Assembly (NCBI GenBank): GCA_023150835.1
Contig: JAKLKB010000003.1
Span: 46,607 to 110,606, forward strand
From: Myxococcota bacterium
GTDB lineage: Bacteria > Myxococcota_C > UBA6777
Length of the DNA stretch: 64,000 nucleotides
Direction: 5' to 3'
A program made the position numbers and the translations under genes. Below are positions 1-11,000 of the stretch, piece after piece. Positions within the stretch are counted from its first letter, which is position 1. Each line of letters starts with the position of its first letter. The notes under the pieces were generated by a model that had not been told where the DNA came from, did not search any database, and saw only the letters and a program-made list of their open reading frames with translations.

Positions 1-29
1 AGAATGTCTGCTCACCCCGTAATGTCTGC

Positions 30-1520
30 TCACCCCACCGACGTCTGCTGCTTCGGCGAAGAAGTCCGCCATGACAGCACAATGATCCACACGCAGATCA
101 CCGCTGTTAACAAGAAATTACTCGACTCCCCCCACATCCGAGCGACCACACCACCAAGCAAAAATCCACCAAGATTCCCAAGGTGGATCATCGAAGTGCC
201 TAATCCCATGTATTTGCTGCGTTCCGAAGCCGCAACCTGCGTAGATATCACCGCATAAGGGAGGCTAGACAGCCCACTCAACCCACCACCCATCACAAAA
301 CGCGCAAACAACACCCACCCCCAAGGCGGCCAAAGCACCAACAAAAACGAACCCACCGCGATCATCAACGACGCATGCGACATCAAATGCCGCTCCCCCG
401 CATCATGCAAACGCCCCCACACAAACGACATCGCAAAGCTCATCACACCCGTTGCGCTCATACAAATGGACACAAACACAAGATCCTGACTCCACCAAGA
501 AGCCGAAACACGGCCCTCTGCGACCGCTTGTGTGATCAATTTCCCCGCATAGATCGCAAACACCGCTTGCGATAACGTCCACGCAAAGTTGCCCAACATC
601 AAGATCCCAAACGCCACTCGCAACGAGAGATTCCGCCATCCTTCGCCCATCGCTATCCAAAGCGCCACAAACGGATTGGCCGATGGACGCCATGTATCCG
701 CTGTTTTCGTCGTATCCGATGCGGTCGCTGTATCCGACACCTTCGCCGCATCCGATGCGGTCGCTGTATCCGACATCTTCGTCGTATCCGGTACGGTCGC
801 TGTATCCGACATCTTCGTCGTATCCGATGCGGTCGCTGTATTCGACATCTTCGTCGTATCCGATGCGGTCGCTGTATCCGACATCTTCGTCGTATCCGAT
901 GCGGTCGCTGTATCCGACATCTTCGTTGTGCCCGTTCGTTCAGCATCCGCAGGCAGCCACCACCAAGACACCAACGTCGTCAACAAGATCACGCCCCCGA
1001 TCAGCCAGTAGACGGGACGAAATCCAAGGGCGTGCGCCAAAGTCCCCCCGATCATCGGGCCAAGCACGAGGCCCACCGTGTTGGAAGATTGTAAGATCGA
1101 GATCGCACGACCTTGATGTTCTTCGGGGGTAATCGCGCTTAACAACCCCAGATTGGCCGCGATCACCCCCGACACCATCCCTTGCAACATCCGAATCAAC
1201 ACCAATTGGAGTGGAGACGTCGCAAAACCCATCAACAACTGCGTAATCCCCAACCCAACGATCGCACGCAAGACCTGTTTTTTGTGGCCTGTGCGATCCC
1301 CCATCCATCCCCAAAATGGCGTCGCGATCAAGGTCGTAAAAAAAGGCCCCGCCAAGATCAAACTTGTGTAAAACAACCGATCTGCATCCACAGTAACGGC
1401 AAGAAACGGGTCTTTTTCGAGATAAAACGGAACGAAGGTCAGACCAAGTGTCGTCGCCATCGTGACAAGAAATTGAACGATCCAAAGAATCACCAAAACA
1501 CTACGCCAAGAGACAGTCAT
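30..1520 (-). CDS. MFS transporter with internal 7x12-aa tandem repeat loop (TTKMSDTATASD)
   Basis: 496-aa ORF with about 12 hydrophobic helices and MFS-like loop motifs (GWMGDRTGHKKQ, GRLHDAGER). A central loop is encoded by a 36-bp tandem repeat. Confidence 0.75.
   Translation of the reverse strand: MTVSWRSVLVILWIVQFLVTMATTLGLTFVPFYLEKDPFLAVTVDADRLFYTSLILAGPFFTTLIATPFWGWMGDRTGHKKQVLRAIVGLGITQLLMGFATSPLQLVLIRMLQGMVSGVIAANLGLLSAITPEEHQGRAISILQSSNTVGLVLGPMIGGTLAHALGFRPVYWLIGGVILLTTLVSWWWLPADAERTGTTKMSDTATASDTTKMSDTATASDTTKMSNTATASDTTKMSDTATVPDTTKMSDTATASDAAKVSDTATASDTTKTADTWRPSANPFVALWIAMGEGWRNLSLRVAFGILMLGNFAWTLSQAVFAIYAGKLITQAVAEGRVSASWWSQDLVFVSICMSATGVMSFAMSFVWGRLHDAGERHLMSHASLMIAVGSFLLVLWPPWGWVLFARFVMGGGLSGLSSLPYAVISTQVAASERSKYMGLGTSMIHLGNLGGFLLGGVVARMWGESSNFLLTAVICVWIIVLSWRTSSPKQQTSVG
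700..956 (-). repeat. In-frame 36-bp coding tandem repeat (about 7 units) inside the MFS gene
   Basis: Near-perfect iterations of gtatccgatgcggtcgctgtatccgacatcttcgtc are seen directly. They translate on the minus strand to repeated TTKMSDTATASD. Confidence 0.85.
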
Positions 1521-1589
1521 CGAGAATGGTCTTCCATCGGGTGGGCGAAGAGAGAGCGGGATCGTGGGATCAAAGCGGAGACATCGGCA

Positions 1590-3488
1590 TCACAGCGAGA
1601 TCATCGGGGGGGCATCGGTCGGATGCACCAAACGCTCGAGGCGCTGGGCTTCTTTCATCGGCTCGAACGTCGATGGATCAAGACAGTCCATTCCGCCGTG
1701 AGGTTGGGGGCCTGTGACAAGATGTTTGACTTGGTAGCGTGAATGAAAGATCCCGGGAGCGGCCATATACCCGCGCTCTATCGCAAGGGCCAGAGCTTGT
1801 GGATCCGCAAGCAACGGAGCCAGCGCATCAAGAGAAGGCCCTGCGCTGAGCAAAGCGGGCGAAGGATAAGGCAGTGCGCTCAGTTTCGCAATCTGCTGAA
1901 GCAAGAATTCTGCTTCGGAAAGCAAAAAAGCCCGACGTTCCACAACTTTTGGATCTTTCAAGTAGGGCAAGAGTTCATGTTGGTGTTGTTGAAAAACACG
2001 CACAGCGCGGCGCACCAGTTTGGAGCTATCGATCACATCTTCGGCTGTAGCGATGTGGTCGGCCTCGCAATAACTAACTTGGTGGATGATGTGGGGCTGC
2101 ACCATCATCTGCAACAGCGTGGAACGTGCGAGCTGATACTTGGCGATGGCAGGATCAGGATCAAGTGAGTCGATCCCTGTCCGAGTCTCTCGCCAGATCT
2201 TCGGTCTCTGCGGCGCTTTGGCGATCACTTGTCGAGCCAGTTCCAGCCCTGCGGTCATCTTCGCAAGATCCGCAAAATCGCTCGTCTCGCGGGGCTTATT
2301 AAACTGCATCTGCAACACCAGATCACGCGAGCCATTTTGCGACATCACGGCGCTAATCAGCGCATAATCCGCACAAAACACCGTATCATGCACCCATCGG
2401 GACGACCACTGGTTGGGATCGTTCATCTCCGTGGGGATGCCGTATTTCACCAACTCACGGATCGCTGCAATGTGTTCGACAATCGACTCAGGAACACTCA
2501 TCTCCCCGCGTCCATCCAAGACATTGAACCAATACAGCGGCACAGCTTGATGCGCGCCGATCAGCATCCCCGCTCTCACACAATCGCGCACAAACTCCAC
2601 CAGATCGACCACATGAGCATACGGCTTCAACGAAGGATAATTTCCCCGCTGTGCGGCCTCGACCATCGCCACAAGATCGTCAAACACTTGGTAGGGAACC
2701 CCCCCGTCGTTTTTGCGCTCTGCGAACACGTGCGGCTTTCCGTAATAGCGTTGCGACAGATCGGAAGAACCGATCGAGATCTCATCGATCACACGTTCGC
2801 TTGCGATACGGGCGATCCCTTCGACCGTTGGGCGGATGGTCTTGTCTGGAACACCAAAGTGGACCCGCAACACAGGGATCGGCGAGTCTTCGATCCGCTT
2901 TGTGTACGAATGACGGGCTTCTTGCGATGGGATCGGCAAGGGCGGTTCTTCACGATACGCATCGTTGGCGACGACCTGCTTTGCGAGAACATCCAACGCT
3001 TCGATGCGCGGAGGAAACCACTCCGCATGCAGCGCAGAAAGGATCTGCGTGCGCAAAGCCCCTTGGATGCCGAAAAAGTCCAATACACGGCTTGCACCGC
3101 GCATCCGATCATTGTCTTGCGCCATCGTCCAGATCGGGCAAGGCAGCGAAGACGCGATATCTTGCATCGCACGCATGGTCTCAGGCAGGCCCGCTAACGC
3201 GACCTTCCGAACGGCTTCGCCATGTTGCTGTTTCAACAAGCCGCTCTGCGCCAAACGCCCCAACAACCCCTGAAATAGCCGCACTCCCACATCCGGGCTG
3301 AGCCGATAACTCAACCCCAAAAACAGCGGATCATGCTCATGAATCGCTTGCAAGATGACTTCTTCGGATGCACCGGGAGGTAGCACGTGACACACGATCC
3401 CCGCCTTCTCCACCATGCGGCGGATCCGAAACAAACCTTGGGTATGTGGATCGTTACCAAGCGTACACAACACGCAGTGCATCGTCAT
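1590..3488 (-). CDS. Cobalamin (B12)-binding domain protein with large uncharacterized C-terminal domain
   Basis: N-terminal DxHxxG signature (GNDPHTQG), then an S-x-L (SYRLS) and Rossmann-like pattern that aligns with GlmS/MutS-type B12-binding domains. The remaining ~480 aa carry no recognisable motif. The start overlaps the upstream gene stop (ATGA), indicating translational coupling. Confidence 0.6.
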   Translation of the reverse strand: MTMHCVLCTLGNDPHTQGLFRIRRMVEKAGIVCHVLPPGASEEVILQAIHEHDPLFLGLSYRLSPDVGVRLFQGLLGRLAQSGLLKQQHGEAVRKVALAGLPETMRAMQDIASSLPCPIWTMAQDNDRMRGASRVLDFFGIQGALRTQILSALHAEWFPPRIEALDVLAKQVVANDAYREEPPLPIPSQEARHSYTKRIEDSPIPVLRVHFGVPDKTIRPTVEGIARIASERVIDEISIGSSDLSQRYYGKPHVFAERKNDGGVPYQVFDDLVAMVEAAQRGNYPSLKPYAHVVDLVEFVRDCVRAGMLIGAHQAVPLYWFNVLDGRGEMSVPESIVEHIAAIRELVKYGIPTEMNDPNQWSSRWVHDTVFCADYALISAVMSQNGSRDLVLQMQFNKPRETSDFADLAKMTAGLELARQVIAKAPQRPKIWRETRTGIDSLDPDPAIAKYQLARSTLLQMMVQPHIIHQVSYCEADHIATAEDVIDSSKLVRRAVRVFQQHQHELLPYLKDPKVVERRAFLLSEAEFLLQQIAKLSALPYPSPALLSAGPSLDALAPLLADPQALALAIERGYMAAPGIFHSRYQVKHLVTGPQPHGGMDCLDPSTFEPMKEAQRLERLVHPTDAPPMISL

Positions 3489-4837
3489 CCGACATCCTTT
3501 TGCTTTTTGTTGAGTTCACCGCGTAAATAACGCAGCAAATACTCCGTCTCAAACCGCGCAAGATTCCGCCCCGTGTCACGAAAATCTTGCGGATTAATGG
3601 CTCGGTAACGGTCGATCACTTCGCTGATCGGCTGATGTGCGACCCCTAGCCGCTTTGCCAGTGCTTCCAACGGAACCAGCCCTGTGGGGATATCTTCTTC
3701 GGCGTAGCGCTGTTGTGGATACGAACGCTCTTGAAAGTTCGGCGTCCGACCGATCGCGTCGGCCAACGACTCCCCCGGTATCCGATCGATACCGTAGGTG
3801 TAGCACAACCACAACTGCGCGGAGATCACGGTTTCGTTGATCGACTCCAACAACTCACCGCGCTTTCGGCGACGCGCACGTACCGTCAAGCTTTTCTCTT
3901 CATCCACCGCCTTCACTCGCGCCAAGACGTCCAAAAATTCAGCCTCGTTGTGATCGTCTTCAAATCCGATCACTTTGCATCCGGCAGCACGAGCGATCTG
4001 CAAACGGATCTGATCGATCTCTCCCACAACCCTTCCAACTTCGGGGTTTTGCGCGATCCCTTGAATGTAAAACGAAAACGTTTCTCCACGCGCTGCTGCC
4101 GCCTGAATCGCCTCATAGTTCAACACAAACGGCGCAGGATGAAACACCGCACCGATATTCCCAAGCGAAGTGGTTGCGGGCGTGCGGCTGTAAACCAGTT
4201 GTGGGAAAAGCCGCTTAATTTGTTGCAACAGGCGCGTGGAAACCTCACCATCCACCGAGGCCACCCAGCTACGCTTGCGACGCTTGATATAACTCGAACC
4301 CGGAGAATACGACTTACACGCATACGGGCATGTCTGCAACGACACGATCGGATACTGATCGTCCAATATCTCCCACAGATAGGGCGTGGCGAGTGTACGA
4401 GAAGGCGACAGCATCAACGGAATGCGCTGCTCAACCAAGCCATCCCGCATCAACCGCGCCGTGTCCTCGTGATACACCGACGGATGCGAAAACAAGATCA
4501 CATCGGTCTCAAAAAGTGCTTCCAGATCATGACCGACTTCGCTTTGACCAAGCGGAATAAACCGTTTTGTCGGTTCGATGGGGTTTTCAGGGCGTTGCAG
4601 TTCGATCCCGCCTTGGGCTTGCAAAGCACAAACGACCTCTTTCCCATGATCGGTCGTGCGCGCATAACCATACACCTCCACCTCTGGCATCTCCAACAAA
4701 TCCGCAAGATAGGCTTTCCCTGACTGCGTACTCAAACCGTAGATCCCCACCCGCAACACACGATCGTTCTTTTTCAAGCCTTGCACTGTCATCGCACTCG
4801 CTCCCTCCATAATCATCGGGGGCGGACTCCCCTTCAA
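3485..4837 (-). CDS. Opine dehydrogenase family NAD(P)-dependent oxidoreductase
   Basis: Rossmann N-terminus (VGIYGLSTQSG). Blocks NIGAVFHPAPFVLN and EEDIPTGLVPLEALAKRLGV match conserved octopine/nopaline dehydrogenase family blocks (NxxAVxHPxPxxLN; EDVPxGLVPL). The 4-bp overlap with the B12-binding gene suggests an operon. Confidence 0.75.
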   Translation of the reverse strand: MKGSPPPMIMEGASAMTVQGLKKNDRVLRVGIYGLSTQSGKAYLADLLEMPEVEVYGYARTTDHGKEVVCALQAQGGIELQRPENPIEPTKRFIPLGQSEVGHDLEALFETDVILFSHPSVYHEDTARLMRDGLVEQRIPLMLSPSRTLATPYLWEILDDQYPIVSLQTCPYACKSYSPGSSYIKRRKRSWVASVDGEVSTRLLQQIKRLFPQLVYSRTPATTSLGNIGAVFHPAPFVLNYEAIQAAAARGETFSFYIQGIAQNPEVGRVVGEIDQIRLQIARAAGCKVIGFEDDHNEAEFLDVLARVKAVDEEKSLTVRARRRKRGELLESINETVISAQLWLCYTYGIDRIPGESLADAIGRTPNFQERSYPQQRYAEEDIPTGLVPLEALAKRLGVAHQPISEVIDRYRAINPQDFRDTGRNLARFETEYLLRYLRGELNKKQKDVG

Positions 4838-5008
4838 GTTGATTGAAACTCACCCTCCTTGGGATGGGGCAGCCTCGATCTGTTTGAGAAAGTGCCCGCA
4901 TTGGGACCCCTTCGCCTGCAAAAATCAACACCAAAACATTGGATATGTACAGATCATTCCGCGACGACGCAAGAAAGGGATGAACTTTTTCTCATCGAAA
5001 AAACGGAA

Positions 5009-8000
5009 TCAATTACAGTCGACTTTGTAGTTGATCTCGATGGTTTGGCTGGGTTGGGGTGTGCTGGCATCGGCAAAAGCAACCGATTGCGTGGTGGGAT
5101 CGAAGGTATACGTGGCGGGAGCCGCGACTTTTCCATCGACCGAGACGGAAAGCGTGTTGGCTGTAGCACTACGGGAGAGAAAGAACCGTCGTTGGAGGCC
5201 AAAGGTCGAAGCCGCAAGGGACTTGAGCGTCACGCTCCAATCGGGCGCACAGATCGACTCGGTGCTTCCGCCAAAAGCGCCTGCAAGTGTCCAATAACGC
5301 CCGTTGGTGGTCGCATCTTGGCAAGACTTCGCTGGCATCGGCGCTGTGATCGCGGAGATCCGCACGACACGGCCACGTTGCGAACCGCGCAGACTTTCAA
5401 AAAATTGTTGGTAAAAGCCCAAGGGTTGGGGGGATTGATCGGGTTCATCCGTGACAAAGATCACGGACAACGAAGCATCGTTGCGCAAAAAGCCCAAGTT
5501 GCAGTCGGGGTTATACAGCACAGGCGGCGTCAAAGCCCGATAAGCAGCCTCTAAGCCCTGTTCGACAGCATCGCCCGTCGTTCCGACTTGAACAAGCTGC
5601 TGAAAAGCCTGCAAAAGGTTCGGTGTTTGGGGCGTAAGGATCTTGTCGTTGCTGCCGACAAAACATCCCCCGGGGCGTTGCGTGACAGGGCCTTCTTTGG
5701 GAAGACTGGTCGTCGTCACCGCGATCCGAAAATCACTTTTGCGTGTTTGGGCTTCTTGCAAAAAGATCTGGAGGTTTTGCGATAGGCTTTGTTGGCGCTT
5801 TGCCATCGAAAAAGAGTCGTCGATCACAAACAAGATATCCGCCTTTGGACTTCCAGATTGTACGAAAATATCTTTTTGTGTATCCGAAGAAGTTCCCTGC
5901 GCTTGGATGGGAATCTCCATCTCAGGCAAAGCATCGGAGTTGTTTTGGATGCGCAGGATTCCTTGATCTTGCGTGGTATCTGTGGGCGAATACCCCAGTT
6001 CGATCTCTGCGGTTTGACCGAGTTGCAGCGTAAGCGGCGTGGGCGGAGCTTTGACGATAGAAAATTCTTTTGACGTGGCGCTGCTCAAGGCGATGTTTTG
6101 GACAGCAAGGGCTTGGGGACAAAGGTTGTAAAGGGTGACGCGCTGCGTGCGAGCGCGGCAAGCCGTCATCGTGTCGTCAAAACGGATATCCTCGGGAACT
6201 GCGCGGATGCAAAGGCGAGACGCACTGCCGAGCAATTTGAGTTTCATCTCGGGACGTTGCGGATCATCACTTTTGACGGTGAGCAGATTCTCGACCCAGC
6301 TTGCGCGGGTGGGGCTGTAGCGGATCTCGATCGGAAGCTGATCCGAAGGCTTGAGGATCACAGGCGTCCCGACGGGTCGGGCAAGTTGAAGCTCTCCGCT
6401 TTGCTGCGGTGTGCTGCCGTTTGGAACGGAGACCTCTGTGATCCGGCAATCTTTGAGTCCTTCGTTGACCAACGTAATCGAACGAACTTGGGTCTTTCCG
6501 ATCGGGATGCGGCCAAAGTTTAAGGCCGCAGGGTTGGGGGCAAGTTGACAGGCTTCGACGCGCACAGGGGCTTCGAGAGGGATCTCGATCTTTGGTTCGT
6601 CAGCGTCATCGCTTTCGATGATGATCTTGCCCTTGTCATCGACGTTATCGGATGGACGGTACTCAACGAAAAATTCCAACGAAGCGTTGGGAGCAAGACT
6701 CAAGACCGGCCATGTCGCGGGGATCATGATGTAATCTTTCGAGCTACTCGCATCCAACGCGATGCGCTTGATCGTGCAAGCGCGATTGCCTTGGTTCGAA
6801 AGCGTCACGGTGATGGTCTTCTTCGATGGAAAATTCAGCGTTTTTGGATCGCTTTTCAGGTCGCATCCATCGGTGACTGCGTACACAGGAACGCTCACCT
6901 GCGGCTGTTTTGGATCGCTGTTTTCTAACACAAGCGTTGCTTGTTGGCGTGAAAGATCACTGCCCTTGTAGATCACAGGAAGCTCAAAAGACTGCCCGAC
7001 AGGGATAGACAAGGGAAAGCGCACGCTTGGATCGACGGAGAAGGGGTTCCCTGCTGCACCTTGGATCTGCGCGGAAGTGACGGTCAGTTCGATCTCACCG
7101 CGAGAAAGGATGGCGAGCTTTCGCGTGGTCTCCTTTCCTTGCGAAGTCAGCGGGAAGATCAAAAACTCGGGAACCACTTGGATCGTTGCAGTCGCCGATT
7201 GGCCGCGCAGATTGATCGAGGGGCGCGCTGCGTTGGGTTCGGCTTCTTTGCCGACAAAAAACAGTTGGGCTTGATCTTCGCCTTGATCTTGGGGACTGTA
7301 AGTGACTTGTATCTTTTGGGCCGCAGCACCCGACTTGATCGTCATTGGCAGCGAGGCCGACGCCGAAAACTCTCGTTCAGCCCCTTCCGAAAGCGCGAAG
7401 CCGGCGATCTCCCAATCAGCGGTTCCTCGGTTGGAAAGCTCGCAGTCAAGCGACTTTTTCTCTCCGATGCGAACGCTGCCAAAGTCCAACGCTGGCACGC
7501 ATGAAAACACGGGCGACGGCGCGTTGACCAAGCTCAACAACCGCACCTCAAACTTCCCTTCTTGATCTGCGTTGTCGGCATCGCTCCACAGCAACAAGCG
7601 GCCACTGGCTCCGCCCCCTTCAAGCGGCGCAAAACGCAAAGCGATCTTGGCCGTTTCTTTCGGTTGTAAAGTCAGCGGTAGATCGGGCGCTTTCGCCAAA
7701 GCAAACGAGGGGTGTGTCCCTGCCGAGAGCTCCAATTTGGTCACTTTGACCACCAAGGTTTCGGGGTTGCTCAGCTCGACTTCCAGCACGCTCTCTTTTC
7801 CAACGGGTGTCAGCGGAAACACGAGGTTGGTCGGTGTCACCGCAAGCTTGCTTCGTTTTTGTTGGGTCACTTCATCGCAGTTGCAGCCGCTTCCCATCGC
7901 AAGCACCGACAAGATCGCAAAAAAACCAACACGCCCAAACCATGCGCGTGCTTCCAACCGCGTAACTCCTATCACAAAAAAACGGCCCAACGGGGGAGCG

Positions 8001-11000
8001 AAGCGTTGTCCGACAGCCGCTTGCTTTGCTGTACGGAGATCCCCGCGTCCCCCTTCAAACTTTCCCAAGCATTCTCCTTTGCGGCGGCGAAGCACAAACA
8101 GCAACAACAAACCAATCACCCAAAATGCCCGTTCTGCGGGCGGTTGTGTTGCAGAACAACCGCATCCTCCCGGAGATTGCTTTTCGGCGTTGGGGTCGTT
8201 GTCTCCGCTTCCGCCGTCCACGATCTTCGTACCTGAGCCGCCTTCGGTGTCTTTGGGTTCACTTGGCGGCGGTTCTTGCGTACCATCCGCAGCACACTCT
8301 CCCGCCTTACACACCTGCCCTTGGGGACATTGCAACGTCAAACAAGGATCATCGACGCACTTGTTGGCCGCAGGATCACAGATGCGCCCTTCGGGGCATT
8401 TCAGCGCAGGGCATGGATCTGCAAGGCACTTTCCGCCCACACACACCTCGCCCGACGGGCATTTCACGCTCGCGCATGGGTCCTCGACGCATTGCCCTTC
8501 CACACAGCGTTTTCCTGCGGAACAAGCGATCCCCACACAAGAATCAAAGCACTTGCCCAAGCGGCAGGCTTGACCGGGCTTGCACTTCGCCGCCAAACAA
8601 GCATCCGTTTCGCACTGCCCGTTTACACAAACCGTCCCCCCCGGGCAACCGAGCCCATAACACGAGTTGTCGCGGCACTTTCCATCCCGACAAAGCTGTC
8701 CTTCTGGGCAAGTGATCGCCGCACAAGCATCGACACAACGACCTGACAAACACGCCTTGCCTTCGGGACAATCGACACCTTTGCATGGATCGCCCACGCA
8801 AAAACCTTCGATACATTGGCCGTTGTCGCTGCAATCTTGGTCTTTCTGACACGTCGCGGTGCATTTGCCTTTATAGCAGCCTTGCCCGACTTGACATGGT
8901 GCGTTGTTGTCCACGAATCCATCGCAGTTGTTATCGATCCCGTCGCAGATCTCTTCGGCGGGCTTGGGCGCGGTGCAATCTTTCCAAAAACCGTTGATAC
9001 AAGTTTCTTTGCCTTCGCCACACTCGCTTCGACAAGTGCGCGGTTCGATATCGTCGATCTTTCCATTACAATCGTTGTCTACGCCATCGCAGACTTCGGG
9101 CTGTGGCGTGAGGCCGTCGCATCCGACAAAAACGCCCGCTTCACAAGAAGCTGTCCCTTTCCCACAAGCCCCTGTACAAGGGCGTGTTGGGATACCTTCA
9201 TCCACTTGCCCGTTGCAGTCGTTGTCTTTTCCGTCGCAGATCTCGGCTTGGGGCTGGGGAGCCGAACAACTTCCCCAGACTCCGGCCTTGCAGACCTCTG
9301 TCCCCGCTCCACAAGCTGTCTGACAGGGACGCGAAAGCCCGTTGTCCACCGAACCATCGCAATCTTCGTCGGTATTATCGCAGGTTTCGGGCTTGGGTTG
9401 GCGTGCCGAACAAGCGCCCCAAACACCCGCATTACAGATCTGTTCGCCTGTCCCACAGGCCGATGTACACGAGCGTTTCACACCATTGTCGACTTGCCCG
9501 TCGCAGTCGTTGTCGGTGTTGTCGCAGATCTCGGGTGTTCCTTGACCTGCGGTGGCACTACAGCGTACGCCGTTTCCGTTGGTCGCACATTGAAAGATGC
9601 CCGATTGTTGGCAAGGTCCGACACCTGCGCTGCATGCTTGCCCGAGTTGCGTGAAGGTTTCATCGATCTGTCCGTTGCAGTTGTTGTCTACGCCGTCGCA
9701 GATCTCGGCGGTCGCCGCTCCTGCCGATGCATTGCACTCCGTCCCTGATCCATCGGCCTTGCAGACGCTGGTCCCTGTCTTTTGGCAAGCTCCCACACCT
9801 GACGTACAGCTTTTGTTTTTGTCAGGGAAATCTTCGTCGACTTGTCCATCGCAATCGTTGTCCACACCATCGCATCGCTCGGCGGTGGGGATGACTTGGC
9901 CGATGCAGTTGCCCCATTGACCGCCCGTACAAGTCTGCGTGCCTTGCTTGCAAGGCCCTTGGCCCGCTGTTCCAGCAGCCCCGCTATAACATGGGCGCGT
10001 CGTCCCGTCCGTACACTGGCAACCTTCGTCGACTTGTCCGTCGCAATCGTTGTCTTTACCGTCGCAGATCTCGGGGCTAGAGGCTCCTGCGCTTGCGCTA
10101 CAAACAAGGCTTGCGCCATCCGCACTGCACAGGAAAGTTCCGCTGCGCTGACACTCTCCAAGCCCGACCGTACAGGCTTTTCCTTTATCCGAAAAGTTCT
10201 CGTCGATTTGCCCGTCGCAATCGTTGTCTTTGCCATCGCAAAGCTCCGTCGTGGGCGTTCCCGCAGAGACCGAGCATTGCGTGGCTGTACCATCCGCCCG
10301 ACAAACAAACGTACCGCTGCGCAAGCACTCTCCAAGGCCCACAGTACAAGCGGTCCCCTTGTTTGCGAAGGTTTCGTCGATCTGCCCATTGCAGTTGTTG
10401 TCTTTGCCGTCGCAGATCTCGGTGCTTGGCGTCCCTGCGCTCACCGAGCATTGCGTGTTGCTTCCGTTCGCAGCACACACAAAAACGCCCGTACGAAGGC
10501 ACTCTCCAAGGCCAACGGTACAAACCGCTCCTTTGTTTGAGAACGTTTCGTCGATCTGTCCGTTGCAGTTGTTGTCGATCCCATCGCATATCTCGGCGGT
10601 TGCCGTCCCTGCGGTGGCCGAACATTGCGTGCCGCTGCCATTTGCAGCACAGACGAAGATCCCCGCACGAAGGCACGCACCGATCCCCACCGTACAAGCC
10701 GTCCCCTTGTTCGTGAACGTTTCGTCGATCTGTCCGTTGCAATCGTTGTCCTTGCCATCGCAAAGCTCTGCTGTGGGTGTTCCTGCGGAGACAGAACACG
10801 TCACGCCATTTTGCGCAGCGTTGCATACAAGTGTCCCGTTGCGTTGACATTCTCCGACGCCCACCGTACAAGCCGTCCCTTTGGTCGGCCAAGTTTCATC
10901 GACTCGACCATCGCAGTTGTTATCGATCCCATCACAGATCTCGGCGCTGGGTGTCCCTGCGGTGACGCTACATTGAAGTGCCGTCCCTGCTGCATTGCAT

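Noticed and set aside
7572-10892. Numerous 150-330-aa ORFs on the plus strand and in other minus-strand frames inside the 2506-aa gene (for example 7572-8573, 8816-9748, 9842-10540, 10185-10892)
   Set aside because: They are antisense or out-of-frame shadows of a GC-rich, highly repetitive coding region. Their translations are low-complexity Arg/Pro/Ser/Ala strings with no motifs. The minus-strand frame gives coherent domain repeats.
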